Assembly: GCA_023248155.1 (NCBI GenBank)
Contig: JAHFFE010000002.1
Coordinates: 124,824 to 188,823, forward strand
Reading direction: 5' to 3'
DNA from: Candidatus Omnitrophota bacterium
GTDB lineage: Bacteria > Omnitrophota > Gorgyraeia > 1-14-0-20-64-10
Length of the DNA: 64,000 nt
Under the pieces are notes generated by a model. The model saw nothing but the letters and a program-made list of their open reading frames with translations. It made no database searches and was not told where the DNA came from. Each line of letters starts with the position of its first letter. Within the stretch, counting starts at the first letter, position 1. A program made the translations under genes and the position numbers. Shown piece by piece: positions 1 to 8,400 of the stretch.

Positions 1-2
1 AC

Positions 3-740
3 GATCATATCGACCGGTTGTTTGAATCGGCGCATACGCTGATGCTGACGATTCCGCTGACGCGGCAGCAGCTGGCGCAGGCGGTTATCAAAACGCTGCA
101 AGCCAACAAATTGAAAGATGCGTATATCCGCCTGGTGGTCACGCGCGGCCCCGGTGATTTGGGGTTGGACCCTCGTAAATGCAAAAAGGCGACGCTCTTT
201 ATCATTGCCGACAAGATTGTGCTTTATCCGGAAGAAGTTTATCGCGAGGGGATGAAAATCGTGACGGTCCCGACGCCGCGGAACTTGCCGGAGGCGCTCA
301 ATCCGCAGATCAAGTCGTTGAATTACCTCAACAACATTTTGGCGAAGATCGAGGCGATCAACGCCGGCGTGCCCGAAGCGCTGATGCTCAGCGCGCACGG
401 ATATGTGGCCGAATGTACGGGCGACAACATCTTTATCGTCCGTGACGGCGCGCTGCTTACGCCGCCGCCGTATGCCGGACTGCTCAAGGGTATCACGCGC
501 GCCTGCGTGATGGACCTGGCGCGCAAAATGAAGATGCCGGTGCGCGAAGAAATGATGACGCGGCACGATCTTTACAATGCCGACGAATGTTTCCTGACCG
601 GAACTGCCGCCGAGATCGCGCCGATCGTCAAGATCGACGGGCGCGCGATTGCCGATGAGAAGCCGGGCAAATGGACACTCAAGCTGATGCAGGCATTCCA
701 TAAAGCGACCCGCTTGGATGGGGTCCGCTATCGCGTTTAA
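3..740 (+). CDS. ilvE: Branched-chain amino acid aminotransferase (class IV PLP), 5'-truncated by window edge
   Basis: YIRLVVTRGPGDLGLDP, KSLNYLNNILAKIEA, ECTGDNIF, GITR, ECFLTGTAAEI motifs. The frame is open back to base 3. Confidence 0.95.
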   Translation, partial: DHIDRLFESAHTLMLTIPLTRQQLAQAVIKTLQANKLKDAYIRLVVTRGPGDLGLDPRKCKKATLFIIADKIVLYPEEVYREGMKIVTVPTPRNLPEALNPQIKSLNYLNNILAKIEAINAGVPEALMLSAHGYVAECTGDNIFIVRDGALLTPPPYAGLLKGITRACVMDLARKMKMPVREEMMTRHDLYNADECFLTGTAAEIAPIVKIDGRAIADEKPGKWTLKLMQAFHKATRLDGVRYRV

Positions 741-746
741 TCGGCT

Positions 747-1286
747 GTGATTAAGTGCGATCTCTGCTCCAAGAATGAAGCCGTTTTCCATTTAAGCGAG
801 GTCATTAACGGCAAGAGCAGGGAACTGCATTTGTGCGAGTCCTGCGCGCGCGAAAAAGGCGCCGAGCAGCTGGCGTTAAACGCCCCGCTTATTGACCCCG
901 CCGGAACGGCCGCCGGAAGTTTGGCTTCATTGCTCGCCGGCCTGGCTGATCTGGGCACTAAAACTCCGCCTGGCCAAAAACCGGTCACGCCCAAAATAAC
1001 CTGTTCCGGGTGCGGCATGACCTTCGCGCAGTTCCGCAAGGCAGGCCGGTTTGGCTGCGCGTCCTGTTACGGCGCTTTTTCCCGTTATTTGACGCCGCTG
1101 CTGCGCAGGATTCACGGTGCCGTTCAGTATTCTGGAAAGTCTCCCAATCGCAAAGCCCCGAAAAGAATCTCCGCGAAAGAACGTCTGCTCCGTCTGAAGA
1201 CGGAACTTCAATCGGCGGTCTCAGCCGAGGAGTTTGAAAAAGCTGCCGCTTTGCGCGACAAGATCCGCTTGCTGGAAAAGAAGTAA
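747..1286 (+). CDS. mcsA: McsA, Zn-finger/UVR-domain activator of McsB
   Basis: Four CxxC motifs (CDLC, CESC, CSGC, CASC), C-terminal UVR motif EEFEKAAALRDKIR, and position directly upstream of mcsB. Confidence 0.93.
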   Translation: MIKCDLCSKNEAVFHLSEVINGKSRELHLCESCAREKGAEQLALNAPLIDPAGTAAGSLASLLAGLADLGTKTPPGQKPVTPKITCSGCGMTFAQFRKAGRFGCASCYGAFSRYLTPLLRRIHGAVQYSGKSPNRKAPKRISAKERLLRLKTELQSAVSAEEFEKAAALRDKIRLLEKK

Positions 1287-2341
1287 TGAAACAGCCGCTG
1301 ACATTTGACAGCCTTCTGCATCAAACCGGGGAGTGGCTGCGAAGTACCGGCCCTCATCACACAATTGTTCTTTCGTCGCGCATCCGCCTCGCGCGTAATT
1401 TAAACGGCCAGCCGTTTCCGCATTGGGCCTCTTCGGCCCAGCGCACCAAAATTGTTCGCAAGGTGGTGGCGGCCGTCGGGAAATCCAGTTTTTTGAAAGG
1501 GTCGCTTATTCTGCCGATGAAAAAACTATCGGCGCTGGACAAGCAATTCCTCGTCGAGCGGCATTTGATCAGCCGCGATTTCGCGCAGCCGCCCGATGAA
1601 AAAGCGGTGGTCATCAGCGACCGCGAGATTGTGTCCATCATGATCAACGAAGAAGATCATCTGCGGCTGCAGGTGATGCAGTCAGGGCTCCGTCTCGATG
1701 AAGCCTGGGCGATTTTGCAACGGATTGATCAGGAACTTGAGAAACAACTCGACTACGCGTTTCGCGATGACTGGGGCTATCTGACGGCCTGTCCCACCAA
1801 TGTAGGGACCGGTATGCGCGCATCGTGCATGCTGCATCTGCCATGCCTGGTGATGACGCGGCAAATGGAGCGCGTGCTCAACGCGATTTCCAAACTGGGA
1901 ATGACGGCGCGCGGATTTTACGGCGAGGGGACCGAAGCTTCCGGTAATTTTTATCAGTTATCCAACCAGGTGACGCTCGGTATTTCCGAGACTGACACAA
2001 TCAATCAGTTGGACCGGATTATCCAGAAGGTGGTCGAGCAGGAGGAAGCGGCCCGCAAAGTGCTGCTGAAAAATCACCGTGAAATTCTGGAAGATAAAAT
2101 CTGGCGCGCCTATGGCACGCTGCGCAGCGCCGCGCAGATCAGCTCCGGCGAAGCGGTAAAACTGCTGTCGCTGGTCCGGCTGGGCACCGACATCGGACGG
2201 ATTCCCGTTAAAGACCCGGCGCTGATGAACCGTCTTTTTGTTCAGATTCAGCCGGCCTATCTGCAGAAACTGGAAGGGAAGATTCTCTCTCCGGATGAGC
2301 GCGACAAGCGCCGCGCGCAGCTTCTGCGCGAAGCGTTTTAA
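1286..2341 (+). CDS. mcsB: Protein arginine kinase McsB
   Basis: SSRIRLARN, MINEEDHLR, YLTACPTNVGTGMRAS, RGFYGEGTE and QLSNQVTLG ATP:guanido phosphotransferase motifs. Confidence 0.96.
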   Translation: MKQPLTFDSLLHQTGEWLRSTGPHHTIVLSSRIRLARNLNGQPFPHWASSAQRTKIVRKVVAAVGKSSFLKGSLILPMKKLSALDKQFLVERHLISRDFAQPPDEKAVVISDREIVSIMINEEDHLRLQVMQSGLRLDEAWAILQRIDQELEKQLDYAFRDDWGYLTACPTNVGTGMRASCMLHLPCLVMTRQMERVLNAISKLGMTARGFYGEGTEASGNFYQLSNQVTLGISETDTINQLDRIIQKVVEQEEAARKVLLKNHREILEDKIWRAYGTLRSAAQISSGEAVKLLSLVRLGTDIGRIPVKDPALMNRLFVQIQPAYLQKLEGKILSPDERDKRRAQLLREAF

Positions 2342-2436
2342 CCACAGCCTCAGATAGTTAGCAATAGAATAACTTAGATAATTTTTCTGCTATTTATCCC
2401 GTCACATAGGTTATACTTCTTTTATAGCACCTACAA

Positions 2437-5400
2437 ATGAATAGTTCACAGCCTAAAACCCAACGGATTTTTCGACCGGCGGAGTTTTTATTTCTCCGCT
2501 TTCTAAGCGCTTTGCTGATTATTAGCATCGCGCTGCCGCCTTCATCTGCTTACGCGCTGCGGTCTCTTTCGGCAGTCGAATCTGGCGCCGAAGAAGAACT
2601 CACCCAATCGTTGAAACCTTCCGCACTTTCGGACAATGGATTGGCCGGTGAAATACGGGAAGAAATTTTAAGAGAAACCGCGTTTCTTCGCGTTGTTAAT
2701 ACGGGAAACAGTCCCTCATGGTTTACGGATATCGAAACGGAATATGTGCGGCAACATCCGGATCAGCGGCCGGCTGATCCGACTCCGCCCTGGATGCATT
2801 TGGTTGAAGGAGCAGACCGCCAGGTGTGGGTTCATCTGCATCTGTTCAGTGATCGTGCCGATCCGAATAGTTTGATGAACGGACTTTTGGTTGAGCTCAG
2901 GGAAGATGCCTCTGATTCGGCGTCGCCCCGTCTTCAGCCGGGTCGTATTCTCATTGAGCCATCTACCCACAGCCAGGTGCGGCGGTTTTTCTTGGATATA
3001 GAAGGTGACCCCGCGAATAATTTGCCGCCAGTTTTTGACGAACTGATTCGCAGCGCACTTCAGCATGAGATTACCGAGATGTTGAACCGGCCGGCTTACG
3101 GATTCCGGAAGTCTTTCACGCGTTTCCAGACAGAAAGAAAAACTTTGTTCGTGATAGCCGCATCCATCAATTCCGATCAACCCGGTTTGTATATGATGCT
3201 TCGGAGAAAGACAGCGGATCGTCCCGGTCCCCAGCTGGAATGGATGGCGCAATCCGGCCCTTATTTTGTTTTCGGAGATCGTCAGCGAGATGTTATTTTT
3301 CGCCGTCTCGACCAGCCGGAAGATCTTCCCGCGAAACGGCAGATTCTGAATCAACTAGGCGAAGGGGCCGGGCAGGAGGAGCGGAAGGAATTTTCTTCAA
3401 GACAGAAGCAATGGGCAAGGGTTGGTCTTGGTCTTTTAGGGGCGCTGGTTATCTCAGTAGGAACCATGGGTGGGTGGCCGTTAGGATTAAAAATTGCTCG
3501 AACCTGGGAACGGTCTCCCGCAGCGCTTTCCAAGAACAAAGATTATAAACATGAGGATCTGCAGAAATTGGCTGAAGATGTCCCGGCACCTTTGATAAAT
3601 GCTCGGCTTCAAGTTCGGCCTGAGGATGAGTCAAAAGTAAGTGGTTGGACACAGTATGGCGCGAAGACCGAAAATCCTTATTTGTTTGATATAGAGATTC
3701 CAGCTGGCCAGGCCAATGCAACAGTCCGAATACAATTGGTTTTACCCGATGGCACTGCGCCTCGTACTCATATTTACGACGGCATTCGAGTTAGTCAGGG
3801 TATGTACTCTATTTACTCAGAGAATGTCCAATGGAATATTGTTGCTGTAGATAAAGATAATAAAACCCGAATTCCAATTTCAGAACAAGCCCTGAATCTG
3901 GCAGAACTTTCATCTGCCGGATATTTTTATTCGGCAGATCATCCGGAATGGGAAAATATCGGTAGTTTTGAACTAGAACTTACAGTTGGAAGACCCCCTT
4001 GGTGGAATGACCTTTCAAAAGCTAGTTCTACGAGAATTATTATAGGATCAGCCAAAGTTGTTCGAACCCTGCAATATCAAAAAGCCCAGACTGCTCAAAG
4101 GGCTTTTCAAATTCTTTTTTCTCTGCTTGGTTTTTCTGCGACCGCGGTTCCGGTATGGTGGCTGTACCGCTCATTGAAAGAGAAAAAACCAGAAGCCGGG
4201 CAGGAGGAGCAGAAGGAGCTTTCTCCGACGCAGAAACGATGGGCGAAGGTTGGGTTTGGATTGCTGGGGCTGACGCTTGTCTCATTGACTACGCTGGGCG
4301 GCGCGGGCGGTGGATTGCAGCTGGCCCGCAACACCGAATATGATCCAGTGGAACGCCGGTCGGTTGTTTCGGCGCCTCCCGGAAAAATTATTGAACCTGT
4401 CGCGGCTATTGCACCCGATCCGACTAACGATACTCGATGGCCGGAGGTAGATGCGTCGCTGGAAGTGGTTCCTTCGGATCGCGAGAAGGTGCGCAATTGG
4501 CGTTTGTTTAGCGAGCCCGATCCCGATCAGCCGCAATTATTTACCGATAAACCAGGCCCGACCGGATTCATAGAAAAGGGCGGCTGGATCAGCGGATACG
4601 ATTTTACGCTGGAAATTCCGGCGGGCCAATCCAGCGTGACGATCCGTACGAAAGCGTCTTTGCCCGATGGAAGTCCTCTCGATTCGCGCGTCTATGGAGA
4701 TCTTTATACCGGTGTTTATCCCGATCCGCAGATGCCCGTTCAAATGTCAGCGGTTTCTTCCGATCAAACGTTCGAGAAAAAATACAGAGCGGCTTATGTG
4801 GCACAGAACACCTTGACTGTTTTGTATATTCAGGAAGACCCTGCGTGGGAACAGGTTCATTCCGTGGAACTGGAGTGGACATTTAATCGCCCTGCCGGGA
4901 GCGATCTGAGCAAGCCGTTTTCCGCGCAAGTGCACATGGATACGCTTCACGCCGCTCGCGACGAAAAATACAAAACAATCCAGGAACGGCGGAGTTGGCG
5001 CAATTTTTCTTACGGACTTGCGGGAGCACTGCTTGGCTTTACGATTTCCGCCGGCGCCGCCTACTGGCTGTACCGCTCATTGAGAGAGAAAAAACCGGAA
5101 GCCGGACAGGAAGAGAAGGTCGTTTCGAATGTTCAATTCCCATCGGGCTTGGAACCGGGCGCGAAAGATGCGATCCATGCCGCGATTTTGGAATTAAACC
5201 GAAGTGTTCAAAGCAATCTCACCCTGGTGAATACCGTCGCAAATTTTCGTGTGCGCTTGAATTCTGCCGTAACAGCGTTTACGCGGCCTTTATCGACGGA
5301 AGAATCCGATTTGCTGAAAACCATTACGCATACGACAAATGCCAATCAACTCCGCCCGGCTGGCGACCGTGACGCATTGTTGCGGTATCTCGAAAACGCT

Positions 5401-8400
5401 TCTGTGGTTCCCTCCGCCGGGCTGGAGGAACGGGGTTCTGTTCCGGTAGCTCGGGGAACGTTAGATGGGCGATTGCTGCGGTTGCCGGCCGGCTGGCTGA
5501 ATTTGAATGGAAAAAGAAAAGTTGTCGTTCAAAGAATAGACCGGGACGAAACGACAGGGCCTCATCTGGAGATTGTTACGCTCGATGAATTTGCTCGACG
5601 GAAAAGACGGGTTCATAGCCATATTCAATTAGGCTTCAGAGGTCTTCCGCATGCGCAGCAACATTTGAAGGCCGCTTTTGATCAGACCTACTATATCGCA
5701 GCGCTTAAAAAGGGCGGGATTGTGGAAATTTCCGAGGAATATCTCGCGCATGCCGGTGTTGTTCCTTCCGGAGACCTGGTGTTGATAGATCCGCCAAACC
5801 ATATAGAATTTTGGAATGCGGAAGCAGCCGCAGCCCGTTTTCAGGCGTTGTCATCCGTTCGCGTTTATGAAAAACCAGCCATCCAGTCTGAGTTGCAAAA
5901 ACTTGTGGCTGTGATGGAGAATCTGCTGGGCGCCCGGAATGACAGAGATGTCGCGGAAGCGCTTTACGACGCGGTGGCAGCTTTGGGCTACAGCGGTTTT
6001 GCGATGTATCTGGTCCGTCCCTCTGCGGGCGGGCAATACGATATCAGGAATGTTTATCGTAATCTTCCTCGCGAATCATCGGCGGCGGATTGGAAGCCGG
6101 CCCAGGATGAGATTGCCTACGCGCTTGCAAGTAACGAACCCGATCTCTTTATTGACCGGCTGGATAATACGGCGGATGTTTTTCCGCATGTCAGCCAGAG
6201 TTTCTTTACCCGGGACGCGAATGAGTATGGCGGCGGCGACAAAAATCGCGTGCGCCAGGTTTATTATCTTGTTGTCCGTGATCCGGTAACGCGTGAACCG
6301 AGAATGTTGATCCATTTAAACCGGTGGGCTGTCAACGAACCGGTTTTCTCGAGGGGCACTGCGGAAGAGCAGCGCCAGTTCCAGACGCACCTGCGCGGCG
6401 TTCTGGAAAGCTTGGGGTATGCCGCCTTGTTGGCCAGAGAGAATGTGCATTCCTATGAGCGGGCCGATATTTTTAACCGCTTGGGCGCGCGAAGAAGCAT
6501 TATTGGTAACCGCCTGCATAACGATGTTAAAAACAGTCTTGTTTTTGTGCCGACATTTATCGAACTTCTTGGCCAGCGGGAAAATCTGATTTTGGAAGAA
6601 ATGACCAATTTAAACCGGAACGTCGCGGAGTTAATGGCCGAAGTGATTGAGACGATGGGACGGGTTGAAAATCCGGGAGTTTCGTCGCAGCAGAATGGTT
6701 CGGCAGCGCCTCCGACGGAGCCGCTCGTTTCCGCAGATGATTTGGCTCTGCTGGAAGCGCTTTTCCATGACCTATCAGCGCAATTGTTAAATGCCGTCCG
6801 CCAGGATATGGATGCCGAAGATATGCGTACACGAATATTGAAACCTGTCCGGGATCGATTCAGCGCCAGTCGCTCCGCCCAGGCGGTTCTGGATCGGTGG
6901 GAACAGCTGGCTTCCACCGCGTCGATGGTGGTGTATGAGTTGCAACAGGAACGGGTAGATTTCCTGCGCAGAATTCCTGTTTTAAGACAACGATTTCTTG
7001 AACTGAAAACCCATGAAGCTCAACTCAGAACTGCCGCCGGCCGGTTGGATAATTTAGAAGCCCAAAAGAAAATCAGCATGATTATTTCGGGGACGATCAG
7101 AGCCCGCCGCTCAATGCTGCGGATATTAGATGAGTTGGAACACGCTTTGAGTGATGATTTGACTGTTTCTGAATTGCCTCCGCCGTATTCGGATCAGGTT
7201 GATCTTGTTTCCGAACTGCGGGAAATTATCGAGACCCGTTCCGGCCTGATGCAGTTGCATTTTTCGTCTGATTTGCCGGCAGCCTTAAGAGTGCCCGATG
7301 CGCGCGGTGATCTCGTATCGGGAATGCTGGGCGAGTTATTGGTGAATGCCTATAAAAACCGGCGGCCGGATGTTCCGTTGGAAGTTTGGGTATCGGTGCA
7401 ATATCAGGAATCAAGCGGAATGATTGATCTTACCGTTCGCGATAACGGCGCCGGAATTCCGTTAGCGAAGCGCGCGCAAATTTTTGAACGCGGAGCAACC
7501 AATGGAACATCGTCAGCCGGTGTTTCTCGCGGGCTGGGTCTGGCGACCAGGGAAGAACTGCAAAAATTGGGCGGCGGCATTGAGCTGGCCGAAAGTGTCC
7601 ATGCCGGTGATGCGAACGCAGCCCAGCCGGGCAGTACCTTCCATTTCTGGCTTCCGACGAATCCCTCCGCCGGCGCTGAGGAAAAAAAATCGGAATATGT
7701 TCTATCAAGAGGGCAGAGAATCACATTGTGGTTTGCATCCGCTACGCTGGGATTTGTGTTAACCGGATTAGGCACTGTGATTGGCGCCGGCGCTGGTTAC
7801 CACGCGGCTGAAACTTACTATCGGGCTGATGAAACCAAAAAACCGGCAGTCAGCCCGCCAGAATCTGATGCTCGCAATTATCCTTGGATGGTTGGCGGCG
7901 GGTTGGCTGGGTTGGTCGGTTCCATCGGGGCAATCCGCAGAGAGATTTCTTCAGGAAGAGACAAGCGTTCCGCTGGACTGGAGGAAAAAATAGTTGTTCG
8001 AGTTAACGACCAGGGGCAGCCTATTTTGAGCAGAGAAGGGTTGGCTGGCCGGATTCCCGGATACGGGAAAACAGTTGTTGTTCAGCCCCCCGCCGAGAGA
8101 TTAGCGGAAATTTCCGCGGTATTATCGGGCAAATTTTCCAACTTGGAAACGCTTCTTGTTCAGGCCTATCAATCCAAGGCGGATCCCATTGATATTTCTG
8201 CCATCAAGCAGGCAATCAGTCAGCTGAATCCGGAGTCACAAGTGTTTCGTCTTTCAGACACAATGAGTTTGGTGCAATTCATCGGATGGGTAGAGTCTTT
8301 GAACATCAGCTATTTTCATCAAATAGGCGTACATCTTTTGTTAAGACAAACTGTTGAAGGAGAGAGAATTTGGGCAAGGTATCAGTTTGGAGGGGCTCAA

